From Octopus bimaculoides (taxonomy: Eukaryota), in NCBI RefSeq assembly GCF_001194135.2, contig NC_069000.1:39844497-39897137 (forward strand): a stretch of DNA of 52,641 nt, written 5' to 3'. A model generated the notes under the pieces. That model did not search any database, was not told where the DNA came from, and saw only the letters and a program-made list of their open reading frames with translations. Positions 24,067-36,670 of this stretch are shown here, piece by piece. Each line of letters begins with the position of its first letter. The stretch's first letter is position 1. The position numbers and the translations under genes were made by a program.

Positions 24067-24410
24067 CAGTGGTGATCAACCGGGGTCTATATGATCCTTG
24101 AGAGTCCGTAGAAGATTTTGGGGGCGTCTACATAACAAAATAGAAATTGGGGATTCAGAATAGCATGTTAGGGGCCCCTGAAAAAGTTTTACTTAGATTT
24201 TATGTATTGGTATGCAAGGAGCAGCCGGGTTTCTTTCTCTAACATTTTACTTAGTTCAATCTACACAAGTTAAGGTGTGAAAATCAATATAGGAATTTTG
24301 AAAGAAGTCTCTATGAAACTAGCTTTTAGACATCGAATGGCTACTGGGGTTTACCAAAATAAAATAGTAATCAAAGGGGTTTATAGATAACAAATGGTTG
24401 AGAACCCTTG
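24067..24410. mobile_element. hAT (Charlie-like) MITE
   Basis: Ends cagtggtgatcaacc ... ggttgagaacccttg (cf. CAGGGGTTCTCAAC TIR); 8-bp flanks ccttagat / cttcagac (5/8 identical). Confidence 0.6.
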
Positions 24411-24567
24411 CTTCAGACCATCGTTTGTTTTTTTGGGTTTTTTTCTTAGATTTGCATTTTTTCGACTCTTAGGATTCAAAAGTCTGATGACTCGATTTCC
24501 ATGGTGTATAAGTGACGAGATCAAAAGTTTCCCCTGAACGGGACGTCGCTCCCCTACATGGATCAAG

Positions 24568-24762
24568 GCCAATAATTTTGTGGAGAGAGGATAAGGCCAT
24601 TACCTTGACCAATGTATTTTACAAGTACTTTATTTCATCGACCCTAAAAGAATGAAACATCAAGCTGACCTCGGTGAGATTTGAACTCAGAACGTAAAAA
24701 TATTACAAAAAATACCACTAAGAATTTTTGTCCGACTTGCTAACAATTCCGCCAGCTCACCT
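24568..24762 (-). mobile_element. SINE family A, degenerate
   Basis: ttatttcatcgaccc...gacctcggtgagatttgaactcagaacgta...ccgccagctcacc. Confidence 0.8.
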
Positions 24763-24928
24763 ATGCTTTGGATCGTTGCCCCTGTAGGGCAATTGCATGT
24801 TTGAAGTCGTAATTGAAGTTGTAATTGTATGTTTGAAGTTGTAATGTAGGTTGCAGTTGTGATATAATTCGTATGACTGATGGCAGTTAAAGATGCTGTG
24901 TTGTGGGAAGTTGTGATTCAGATTGCAG

Positions 24929-24962
<34 letters not shown>

Positions 24963-25261
24963 NNNNNNNNNNNNNNNNNNNNNNNNNNNNNNNNNNNNNN
25001 NNNNNNNNNNNNNNNNNNNNNNNNNNNNNNNNNNNNNNNNNNNNNNNNNNNNNNNNNNNNNNNNNNNNNNNNNNNNNNNNNNNNNNNNNNNNNNNNNNNN
25101 NNNNNNNNNNNNNNNNNNNNNNNNNNNNNNNNNNNNNNNNNNNNNNNNNNNNNTTCAATCTTGCAGTTTATGCGACAACCTCACCACTGCCAGGGCAGCA
25201 TCATACAACCCAGATCCTGCAGAACTGCCGAACCCATGCCAGTATGGAAAACTGATTGACA

Positions 25262-26085
25262 GTGATTGTTGACGACTAATGTTGATGATTGGTGCTGACT
25301 GATGATTGATGTTGACTGATAATGATTAATGATGATGACTGATGGTGATTGATGGTGATTGGTGGTGACTGATGGTGATTGATGGTGATTGATGGTGATT
25401 GATGATGACTGATGATGACTGATGATGACTGGTGGTGATTGATGATGACTGGTGGTGATTGATGATGACTGGTGGTGATTGATGATGACTGATGATGGTG
25501 ACTGATGGTGACTGGTGGTGATTGATGGTGATTGATGGTGATTGATGGTGATTGATGGTGATTGATGGTGACTGACTGATGTTGATTGGTGATGACTGAT
25601 GGTGATTGGTGATGACTAATGGTGATTGATGATGACTGGTGGTGATTGATGATGACTGGTGGTGATTGATGATGACTGGTGGTGATTGATGATGACTGGT
25701 GGTGATTGATGATGACTGGTGGTGATTGATGACTGGTGGTGATTGATGATGACTAATGATGGTGACTGAGGGTGATTGATTGTGATTGATGGTGACTGGT
25801 GGTGATTGATGNNNNNNNNNNGTGGTGATTGATGACTGGTGGTGATTGATGATGACTAATGATGGTGACTGAGGGTGATTGATTGTGATTGATGGTGACT
25901 GGTGGTGATTGATGATGACTGATGGTGATTGATGGTGACTGACTGATGTTGATTGGTGATGGCTGATGGTGATTGATGGTGATTGATGGTGATTGATGGT
26001 GAGTGGTGGTGACTGGTGGTGATTGGTGGTGATTGATGGTGATTGATTGATGGTGATTGATGATGACGGTGATTGGATGACTGAT
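25262..26085. repeat. GAT/GGT complex satellite with 10- and 20-bp units (gatgatgactggtggtgatt)
   Basis: Direct reading; source of the His/Thr-rich pseudo-ORFs. Confidence 0.95.
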
Positions 26086-26284
26086 GGTGTGCTGTAAGAA
26101 TGAGGATGTGGTGTAGGGAATGAACATGTAATAAATTTGGCAGTTGTGATGTAGGTTTCAGTTGTGACGTGTTAAATTTTTTGAGTAGGTTCCAGTTGTA
26201 GCGTAAGTTAAAGCCGTGATGTAGGCTGAAGTTGTGGTTCATGTTCTTTTCTGGAAACTCGCCGCGTACCGACAGCTGATGGCT

Positions 26285-26337
26285 CACGGGCCAGCACCGG
26301 TCTATGGACCACCACTTTGAGTAGCACTGCTCTAGAT
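26285..26337 (+). mobile_element. Isolated 3' end of a hAT-type MITE
   Basis: ggaccaccactttgagtagcactg followed by ctctagat, a Charlie-like target; no matching 5' end found. Confidence 0.4.
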
Positions 26338-27394
26338 GCAATAACTTTGTGGTCAGTTGTCCTCTTGATGCAATTATTTTGTTGTCCTCTGGATTAATTA
26401 TCTTGTGGTCATTTGTTCCCTGGATGCAATTAGCTCCTGGATGCTCCTCTGTATGCATTTTTCCTCATCCGGGGAATAATGTCCAGATACATATGCATGC
26501 CTGTATGTATGTATGTATGTATGTATGTATGTATGTATGTATGTATGTATGTATGTATGTATGTATATTGGTGAGCTTCCTAATGCTGGAGCCGCTATTC
26601 AGAAACATTGGGAAACGTGGCAATTGGCAGAAACGGAAGTTTTATGCAACAAAAGAAACGCACTTAAATGTAGCAAATGGAATATCGAGTTTGCTTCGCT
26701 GATTGGTCGACGTCCAGAAACTTGCCACCTCAATATGGCGTCCGCTATGCAAGTGTATTACACGGTAGAATTAACAAATTATAATGGTGCTTACTGTACA
26801 GTAACACTGCATGAATTAAGGTAACGTTTTGAAACTTCATTTCAACAATCAAATTTTATCTTCTGGCTTGATGGAAACGTAATTTTCAGGATTGGATTGA
26901 ACTTGTTTTGTCATTTAATTAGAGCAAAATGTTAAAATTATGCTAATTAAATTTCATATTTTGAAGTTCATTCTGATTATATATTTAAATTATTTTTCTC
27001 CATTCATAATAAATTCTAAATGTGTTTTTCTGCATTAATATCCAGGAAGATGCTAGAGTCGTCTCCGATAATGATAAATGATAAAAAATCAAAAAAAAAG
27101 GGAAAAGAATATTTAGTGACATTTAACTGCATATTTTTACATTCTTGAACTGAAAAATTATTCGTATTAACTTAGCCTTTCATTTGTCAGGAGATCGATA
27201 AAATAAGTTTTAATGTAGCAATGACGGTCGATTCAATCGAATAAACCACCTCTCGTTTTATGCAATTGTCACTGTAAGACTGTATCGACGAGACTGTTGG
27301 ATGCTGTAATACACCACTAGCCACAATGCGTTTCCTCACATAGCTGATGATGCCACTGCATTGGCCAAATGATGCCAGCGCACTGACCAGGCCG

Positions 27395-27488
27395 ACAGGT
27401 AAGTATTCCTCCTGAACGGAATAGAAGCATTGGGGCGAATCCGTCACCTTTACAGCAGAGTGGACTGGAGCAACGCGAAATGAAGTGC
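27395..27488 (-). mobile_element. SINE family C fragment
   Basis: tttacagcagagtggactggagcaacgcgaaatgaagtg. Confidence 0.7.
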
Positions 27489-27489
27489 G

Positions 27490-27920
27490 GGTGAGACTGT
27501 TGAAGTTGTTAACTGCTTCACTTATCATGACAACGCTATCTGTAGCAGCATTAGCTGCGAGTTTGAAGTCTCAAAAAGACTTGAGCGTGCTGTGGAAGTT
27601 CTGCACTCACTGAACAAAGGTTTTTGGAGCTGCTGATATCTGAACAGAAGCATAAAGTTTCGGGTTTTCAGATTTCTATTCCTCCCAATCTTGCTCTATC
27701 ATCGCGAGTCTTGGACGCTATCCGGGGCCTTTAGGAGCCTCCTGAACGCCTTTGGTATCAACACAAAGGGTTGTTGGTTACCATTGATTAGATTTCGTCG
27801 CCATCCAACGACTACGCTCTGAAACTGAGACGAATTAGTGAGCGAGCTCCGTCTGTGGGACCCAATCCACGGGCTTTCTCGAGCCATCGAAGGATGACTC
27901 AGAATGACGTACATTGATCA
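27490..27920 (+). mobile_element. RTE-clade LINE fragment (C-terminal part of RT)
   Basis: GETVEVVNCFTY...SLNKGFWSC*YLNRSIKFRVFRFLFLPILLYHRESWTLS, typical of the region after the RT core in RTE elements. Confidence 0.75.
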
Positions 27921-28701
27921 ACTCTCTCATAATATCAAGTTACAAATAGAAGACATTAAAAACTTCATAGTAGAATGGAACGTTTGGAGAGAAAGAGTGG
28001 TTTTGGTTGATGAAACCCGCCCAAAACGATAGATAAATACCTTGTCAAGTATACTACTTAGAGTCCAATAATATTTTCTACTTATAGCGCTATAATCTAT
28101 ATTTTATTAATAATGTTACTGTCCAATCATAATCTAATAAATATTGATTATAATTACACTTTAGCACTTCAGCCTAAACATAATTTAAACTCCTGTCTAT
28201 CGCCTTTGCTATGCCGCCTTGATGTCGTTCTGTAGTTCACCTATTGTCCAAGATTTTGGTTGTAGTTCTTTGAGCCCATAGTTCTCTATAGTTTTATAGT
28301 CAATAATTGCTATATAATCTTGATGTACTCCTGCAATCCAACTATTGTCCTAGATTTAACCCATAGTGCTATAGTCCATCCACCGTTCTATATTTTATTA
28401 TTCCCATAGTGTTATAATCTAACCACAGACCTTTAGTCAAGGTATAAGCATATAGAACAGCTATAGTCTTACAAGTTAATCATTTCTATCACAAAACTGA
28501 TCGCTTTTCTTTAAGGCAGTTTAATTTATGGGAAACTGTTTTTCACCCATGTCGCCCTGGATTCTGTGTATACAAAATAATGAATTATCTACTGTGAAAA
28601 CGTTAGTTTAAGTACTTGACATATTAGTAGATCATTTCATTCAACATTGCCGAAATACTCCTGGCTCTTCGGAAAATCCCCAGCGTTATACAGTACTACT
28701 T

Positions 28702-28952
28702 AGGGGAGATTTGGTTGCTATTTCCAGCATGTTCAGTATCCATATAGAGGTTCCTTAGTTGGTATGACTAGATCCTTCGCTGGTGCGGTTACTTTTCAGT
28801 TTGTTTGTTTTTTTCTATTGTTGTCATTATTCAGTTGCAGGTCGTCCTAACTAACGGATATACAGAGCTATATCGTTTAATGCGTCCTTAGCCTTATTTC
28901 AAATGACAGGAGATTTGGTTGCTATTTTCAGCACTGAGCATCTATGTAAAGC
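28702..28952 (+). mobile_element. Two short copies of a fourth repeat (D) tail
   Basis: ggagatttggttgctatt at ~28704 and ~28909. Confidence 0.55.
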
Positions 28953-30057
28953 ATTATTTCTTGCAGCGGTGGTGAGGTGGGGACGCGTTGTCTGACGCAG
29001 AAAACTTCAAAGACTTTCATTTATTGTTCATTTTAGATTATTTATTTATCTCCTTCTTCTTTATTGGAATTTGTGCACAATTTTTAAACTAAGCAAGTTT
29101 TCAGAGAACAATATAAAATTTTGTTTATTGCTACATAAATAGTCACAAAAGAAAAAAATTGAACAATGCTTTCATTCTAAGTACATTTTATATGGTTTGA
29201 AAAGATCTCATAAGACAGAAGAAACAAAAAAATTAATGCCTTAATATATGAAGATTTTCAGAAAGAATATAAGCAATGCGACAACTTAAATTTGACAAAC
29301 CTAAATATACTCGTATCTGATAATTGTGTTCTAAAATTTACGTTTATGGCCGTTGTTTGGTGTTTCTTTTTGGCTGTATAAGACCATGTTTTCTTTTTGT
29401 TTATTTTTTATTGGCTTCGATATATTTCTCAAAGAAGCACAGATAATTGTTTCTTACAACATGAAATTTGAAATTCAATTTTCACAGAACACATTCAATT
29501 TCATTCGATTTCTGGACATTTGTTTTTTCCTTTTTTCTATCTTTTGGTTCCGTTATTTCAATAGACATATAAATATATTTTACAGCGATTAAGTTTGCAT
29601 AAAATATCTTTTTCTATAACAATTGTTTGGTGCATAGCTTTTTGTTTCCAGAAACATTGCACATTTGTAGTCTGTAGTTTATATTTGTCTATACATATGT
29701 GTATCGAAGTATATAAGTGTGTGGGGGCTTGTATGTAAATATATAGATATTTAGAAATATATATATCTGTATGTAAGGATATGTAGATTTGTAAGTATAT
29801 GTATATATATAAATATATATGTGTGTCAATGTGTGTGTATGTATATGTAAATATACTTTTTTAATTTGAAAACACATCAGAAGTTATTTTGTGGCCTCGA
29901 GTTTTATATGTAAAAATATATTTATTTACATGTCTATGTATATACTCGTGTGCATATCTCAAACATTTCTATGATTTTGATTTTTGAATAACGTATACAG
30001 TATGGAAACGAATTATGATATATAAATAATATATGCATATATATATAATCTCAAATA

Positions 30058-30103
<46 letters not shown>

Positions 30104-30376
30104 CACGAGCAGGAAAATACAGGAGATTCGGTAAAAAAAAATTATTTTAACATCTTTTTAACCCAATCTCAAGCTTTATTCTCCTCTTGGATATACACTC
30201 AGTGATCTATTCAAATGGTTTATACAATATCAAAGGAAAATCTGAGGATAGGTTATGTTTAACACATGATTGGAGCTTAGATGTACATGGAGTCCTAAGT
30301 AAAGGTTAACTGTTACGCAATCACATTCGAAATAACAACTTTTCAATAATACACACATACATAGAGAAATCTACAG

Positions 30377-30745
30377 TTGCTCTATCTAGATTACAAGTTC
30401 AGATTTATACCTGTAATTATCGGGGCCCAGAGATATGAAACACACTGCTTAAATACCGATCTTGAGAAATTAGGTTTCTCAAAACCAGAAAAGAGAAAGT
30501 TCATTCGAAGACTACAGATCCAATCCATCACTGGAACTATAAAGATCAGCAAAACTTTCCAGACGTTTATCATTTAAATATATATGAGCATCTCTAGATA
30601 TGTAACTATATGCATGAGAATACATAGATAAAGCAAAGCATACAAGTCTGCACGTATACATAGATGCATACAGACAGACAGACAGACAGACAAAAATACC
30701 CTGTCGTTGATATTGAAACTCCAATGAAAGAGCCTTGAATCTAAG
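30377..30745 (+). mobile_element. 3' end of an RLE-type non-LTR retrotransposon (ORF C-terminus + 3' UTR)
   Basis: YKFRFIPVIIGAQRYETHCLNTDLEKLGFS...RRLQIQSITGTIKISKTF*; IPVIIGA resembles IPIIVG in the 4073 fragment. Confidence 0.7.
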
Positions 30746-30843
30746 CTATAGTAGAAAACACCAACCCAAGAAGCAAAGCAATGAACCTAAACCCGATACT
30801 ACAGGGTTACAAATCGAGCTTCTTAACAACAATTGCACACCCG
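30743..30843 (-). mobile_element. SINE family B 5' fragment
   Basis: gctatagtagaaaacac...gagcttcttaacaacaa. Confidence 0.55.
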
Positions 30844-31929
30844 TATTTATTTGTAAAGCAAGCTGGATTGAACCCGGATCTCCGTAGAGAAAACAGTTGT
30901 AATGAACTTATAAAGAACGCATAGAAAACAGGATAAATACGGTTATTTATTCTGTGGGTGAAATTACATAACCGGAATGGATATATAATGAATCAAATTT
31001 TCGTTAAATAATTGTTAGTAATATATGATGTGATGCGATAATTTAGACTATTGTAAATCTATTGTAACTCTTTCGCAGTAATGATAAAGTTGCTAGACAA
31101 TAGTAGATGTCTATGATTGTAGAAGTCATTATACGCTTCGGCTGCGAAGCAATTGTCTGATATTTTATAGCTATACTTAATAAACACAGTTCTTAACAAA
31201 ACGCGCTCCAGGAAACCTGATATCAGTAATGAAGTGTTCAGTCAGTGAAGAAAGCTATGGGAAGTCATAGTAAAAGTAGTTTTCATGATGTTACAGGATA
31301 AAGAAACGGTCAACTAATGAATAAACCATGTGAAAAGTAATTTTATTCTTAACATTTTTTAGCCATTAAGCCACTAATATGGATGGTGAATAGCAAAATT
31401 ATTTTATTGATTTCATTATCTAAATGGCTGTTTCATTTATAGCTGATAGCGAACAGGAAATTATTAAGGAAACGTACATTAGCTTTGCTGATTTCGTGGA
31501 TTAAATGTCTGCTTTACTGATTTATTGGATTAAACGTCTGTTCTGGCTCGTTATGACGGTAGAGTTGATGTTGTGAAGCATTCAAGCTAGATACGAAATA
31601 TTTTTAATTCATCGTTGTTGCATGGAAGCCAAGATAGTTGGCGTTGGTTCATAAATCACTCTAGCACTCGGTCACTCAATGCTTTATCCACTAAACTTGA
31701 GGTTACATTATATGGACTCTTTGACCCTGAACACAATGCGTCGACATTTTTCTTTTTTTTTTTTAATGGTAGTCTCACGTGTGCGAAAAAGACGGTTCCA
31801 TAATTTCCTGCTGGGCAACCTGCAGAGATAACTTGTTCGTGGTGATCAAATATTTGTGCTGCACATAAGTACACTTCATTCCTCAAATCGATTTTGCCTG
31901 TACAGGTGCACAAATGTGCCACATGTCAG

Positions 31930-32065
31930 ATATCAAAGTGGTCGCAAAGCAAAGCAAAGAAAAATTAAGCGTTTTGGTCCCAATAACACAACGTACCGGC
32001 GGTTTGGAAATCGAACCTACGTTCTCGTGAATGCAGCACCTCTAACCATCAGGCCACGCGCCCTC
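31930..32065 (-). mobile_element. SINE family C 5' part
   Basis: acacaacgtaccggc...ggaaatcgaacc...ctctaaccatcaggccacgcgcc. Confidence 0.65.
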
Positions 32066-32158
32066 TGTGCTGACAAATAAATAATCAATTACAAATAATC
32101 TTCAGAAAATTCCTATTTGTAAATCTCACAACGAGAGATATTCAGCAACAGTACTTTG

Positions 32159-32497
32159 GAGTAAAGATTGTTTGCCAACATAACGTGGCAGTCCTGGTTT
32201 AGGACGAATGTTGCTGTAATTTAGCCCCAGGAGACATCCTCTCCAGCTGGCTATACGACACGATTTGTGTCCTTATATTTTCGAACAAGGGAATCTAGCA
32301 CCCCCACTCAGCTCAAAACACAGATACACAGATATTGTTTTGAGCTGAGTGGGGGTGCTAGATTCCCCTGTTCGAAAATATAAGGGCACAGATTGTGTCG
32401 TATAGCCAGCTGGAGACGATGTCTCCTGGGGCTAAATTACAGCAACATTCGTCCTAAACCAGGACTGCCATGTTATGTTGGCAAACAATCTTTACTC
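32159..32497. repeat. Long inverted repeat (foldback element): 162-bp arms, 15-nt loop
   Basis: 32159-32320 matches the reverse complement of 32336-32497 with 6 mismatches and no indels (hand alignment). Confidence 0.97.
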
Positions 32498-32513
32498 TAA
32501 TAATCTTCATTTC

Positions 32514-32638
32514 AAAAGAAACCGATAGAATAAGTACTAGGCTTACAAAATATAAGTCCTGGGGTAGATTTGCTCGACTAAATGCGGTGCTCCGGCATGG
32601 CCACAGTCAAATGACTGAAAGAAGTAAAAGAGTAAAAT
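32514..32638 (+). mobile_element. SINE family B tail
   Basis: accgatagaataagtactaggcttac...gcggtgctccggcatggccacagtcaaatgactgaaa. Confidence 0.88.
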
Positions 32639-33075
32639 AGTATTTAAACTAGCCTGATTTGCTTGTTTATTGTTCACTGTTGTACGTTAATAAATTCGTT
32701 TTAATTGACCTCTTAAAAGCCAACAATATACTGAAATGGAACAGCAAAATTCTTTAACTAAGAGACTGAAGCAATTCATAATTCAAAGATGGTTGTTCTT
32801 TCGACGAAATTGTATTATTTCTCTTCAACAGAAAATAATTGAACATTTTAAAAATCAATACTTGATAGACAAGTATTTTTGTTATATTAAATTTTATTTT
32901 TTGTTGCAGCTTCATGGAGAATTAAGTATTTCCTGGTATATGCAGATTAACTTTTCTCATCGTGACAAGCAAACATGAGATTTTCAATTATGAATTAGTG
33001 AAGGATTTTTAAAAGAAAGTTGTAAGACATAGAAAAGTCATACTAAAGTCTTTTACTCTGTTATGATTGTGTTTA

Positions 33076-33244
33076 GGCGCTGGTATGACTCATTGGTTAA
33101 AATGTTCGCTTTGCAATCATGTTCTTTCGGGTTGAGTCTCACTGCGGTCTGCCTGAAGCAAGTGGCTACTGCTCTAGCTGCATACTGACCAATGGCTTGT
33201 GGATGAATTTGGTAGACGGAAACTGTGCGGAAGCTTGTCGTATA
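33076..33244 (+). mobile_element. SINE family B 5' half, followed by (TG)n and a gap
   Basis: gggttgagtctcactgcg...aatttggtagacggaaactgtgcggaagcttgtcgtata. Confidence 0.75.
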
Positions 33245-33318
33245 AATTGGTGTATGTATGTATGCGTTTGTGCGTATGTGAGAGTGCGTGTGTGTCTACG
33301 TGTGTGTGTGTGTCTACG

Positions 33319-33353
<35 letters not shown>

Positions 33354-33357
33354 GTGC

Positions 33358-33400
<43 letters not shown>

Positions 33401-34069
33401 NNNNNNNNNNNNNNNNNNNNNNNNNNNNNNNNNNNNNNNNNNNNNNNNNNNNNNNNNNNNNNNNNNNNNNNNNNNNNNNNNNNNNNNNNNNNNNNNNNNN
33501 NNNNNNNNNNNNNNNNNNNNNNNNNNNNNNNNNNNNNNNNNNNNNNNNNNNNNNNNNNNNNNNNNNNNNNNNNNNNNNNNNNNNNNNNNNNNNNNNNNNN
33601 NNNNNNNNNNNNNNNNNNNNNNNNNNNNNNNNNNNNNNNNNNNNNNNNNNNNNNNNNNNNNNNNNNNNNNNNNNNNNNNNNNNNNNNNNNNNNNNNNNNN
33701 NNNNNNNNNNNNNNNNNNNNNNNNNNNNNNNNNNNNNNNNNNNNNNNNNNNNNNNNNNNNNNNNNNNNNNNNNNNNNNNNNNNNNNNNNNNNNNNNNNNN
33801 NNNNNNNNNNNNNNNNNNNNNNNNNNNNNNNNNNNNNNNNNNNNNNNNNNNNNNNNNNNNNNNNNNNNNNNNNNNNNNNNNNNNNNNNNNNNNCACATTT
33901 TACTAAACGAATAAAATACACCACACTTCAAGAGTGAAAATGTTGTCAGGAGCAAACAAGATGGTAGAACACATATTTCCGTTTTTTGAAAACTCAAAGG
34001 AACATTTTTCTACGTCTTCAAAACAGGTACCTACTGATCCTTGAATAGACAGGAAATACAAGACAACGT

Positions 34070-34806
34070 TACACAGGGTACTTAAAAAACATTTGGACGG
34101 AGAAGATATGTAAATATGAAGGTAGGGTGAATATAAAGCATTTCACCCATCGAGTGTAGGTCCGGAGACTCTGATCGAGAATTTGATGTGAAAAGATTGC
34201 TGCTAACAATGGAACACGGCAGCTATTCTGAGATGTCCTGGGGAGCAATTTGGAGAAATGGTTGATCAGGAGCTGGTGGAGAGTGTGCGGAAAACATTAA
34301 CTCAGATATATATACATGTGTCCATATTTTTCCAATCTTCTCCAGTAATGAAATGATTAAATAAGACTAAAATGATCCAAGATTTGTTAGATGAGAATGG
34401 CATTAAAAAGCTCCTATGGCGAAGTCAGTCACCAGATATGAACCCCATTGAACACTTCTGGGACATAATGGACAGGACACTTCATAAACAGAACAAGAAA
34501 GCATCTTCAAAGCCAGATCTTTTGAGATTACTGCGTGAATCTTGGCATGAAATNNNNNNNNNNCAAAGCCAGATCTTTTGAGATTACTGCGTGAATCTTG
34601 GCATGAAATTCCACAAGAGAATATTTGTCATCTGATCAGTAATATGCCTAATAGGGTCCTTGCATTGAAGAAGGCAAAGGACATGTCTACTAAATATTAA
34701 ATATTCACAGTATAGCAATTAATAAATAATTTGAATATATAATTTCAGACTTAAATAAATTTTAATGATTATAAGGGTGTCTATTTACTTATGTCATGCC
34801 TGTGTA
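34070..34806 (+). mobile_element. Tc1-like internally deleted transposon (DDE C-terminus)
   Basis: LLWRSQSPDMNPIEHFWDIMDR...ESWHEIPQENICHLISNMPNRVLALKKAKG at 34372-34690; ends tacacagg ... cctgtgta. Outer boundaries tentative. Confidence 0.75.
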
Positions 34807-35468
34807 TATTTATATAAAAAAAAACCACGTGTGTATATTAACAAGCTTACATTTTGTTTTGTTTTTTAGAAGCGTAGAATATATATCGTAAGATACAGAC
34901 AAGAATGATATTTTCGAACGCAGTATCGCCATTAAAACAGCAGGAAAATTGGGTATTAATATCCTTACAAGGAGGAAGAAGTTGTCAACAAACTGCCATA
35001 TATTCGCAATCAGAAATGTGATTTCTTTTTTCTTGTAGTTTGTGCCATGATAAATCATGCAGCGATAATCTAGCATCAGATTTTATTTTTTTTTTATTAT
35101 TCAGGAATCCTTGATAGAGAGCTTACGTGGATTTAATATTCTAGTGAAATCTCCTTACTCGTTCATCACTAACCGGACCATGATATTCAGGAAAAGAAAT
35201 CTAGGTGACATGTGACATGCCATATGTTAGAAACCTTCAATTAGTTTCTTAACTCCATTTGTAAAGGGAAACCTGTAATTTTCCCAAGAACTTAGCATAA
35301 ATCTATTTGAAGGCATTTCAAGCTTTCAGCTCAAATCAAGTGATGTGAAGGCTTCATCGATAGATTAATCTTTTAATACCTCTTGGATTTGAAGTCTTAT
35401 AGAAACCGCCTCAAAATTTTGAAGCACATTTTTTTTTTACTTTTTTTCTGACGGTAGCTGAATTCCTC

Positions 35469-35504
<36 letters not shown>

Positions 35505-36117
35505 GAATAATAATAAATGGAGCAAAACGCGTATAATCAATAAGTTCCTTTAATTCCTACATATGTTTCAAAATTTATGTGCACTCTACTCCAAAGAAGT
35601 AAGAGGTGCTGGAAAATGCACTTCTAGCCTTAAAAGTTAACTTCCTTAACCTCTAGAGATGCCTAGTAAATATATATTTGAACGAAAATATATGCCCACT
35701 GTAATATGTAGTATGGGGTATCTGTCACTTATTTCTAACCTACAAAACAATTCGTTCAGGATGTTATTCCCGTTTTCTATCATTAACTATCAGTAACTAT
35801 TATTTCTATCAGTAACTTCATGATAAATCATAACTGATCCGAAATAGTTTGTCTACTCATTCTTCCTTATATACAGATTCAAAAGAAATAATAAAAAATA
35901 TGATATTCTTTGCATGGAAATTGGAAAAACAAATGTGCATGTTAAGAGTTTAGACCTATCTAAGTCAAAAATAATGGCTGTATCCTTGTTAAAATTCTGT
36001 TGTGGTACACCATAGTTGAGTTATAGTTATGAAGCTACCACGAACAGCCAAAACGATCTGACCGGTTTTTACATTCTCCAATTATGTCAATAGTTCATTT
36101 AGCTTGCATCGGTTATC

Positions 36118-36583
36118 ATTTATCTTTTACATACTTCAATCATTAGACTACGGCCATACTGGGGCACTCACTGTATTCAAGGGTTTTAGTCAAACAAATT
36201 GACTCCAGCCACTTATTTGTTTTTCAAGTCTGGTAATTATTCTAGATCGTCACTTTTGCAGAACCGCTTAAGTTACGGGAACGTAAACAAACTAACACCG
36301 GTTGTAAAGTGGCTTTGGGAGACACACACTTAGACAAAGACACATACATACATACATACATACATACACACACACACATACATACATACATACATACATA
36401 CATACATACATACATACGTATACGATAATCGACGGGCTTCTGCACAATTTCCGTCTACCAAATTCACCCACAAAGCATTGGTCACCATCCAGCTATAGTA
36501 GAAGACACTTGTCCAAGGTGTTGTGCTGTGGGATTGATCCCGAAATCATGTGATTCCAAAGCTAACTTTTTAAGTCCATAGCG
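36118..36583 (-). mobile_element. SINE family B, full length, internal (TACA)n
   Basis: Tail, ccgtctaccaaattc, and agaagacacttgtccaagg core are all present in reverse. Confidence 0.85.
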
Positions 36584-36670
36584 AAAAACTATATATGTTA
36601 GAAAACCCAATACAGTTGTGGAATAGTTATATTAATGCATACATTTGTAATTGTTTTTAATATATAAAGT

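Noticed and set aside
24484-24535. CTGATGA-CTCG...CGAG, hammerhead-like start
   Set aside because: No GAAA after the stem; the downstream part looks more like a stray mariner-type TIR remnant.
27349-27385. CTGATGA followed by a GCCA/TGGC hairpin
   Set aside because: Followed by CAAA rather than GAAA, and there is no stem III or cleavage triplet.
34508-34609. 46-bp exact direct repeat either side of a 10-N gap (similar case at ~25742-25910)
   Set aside because: Typical unmerged contig overlap, i.e. an assembly artefact.
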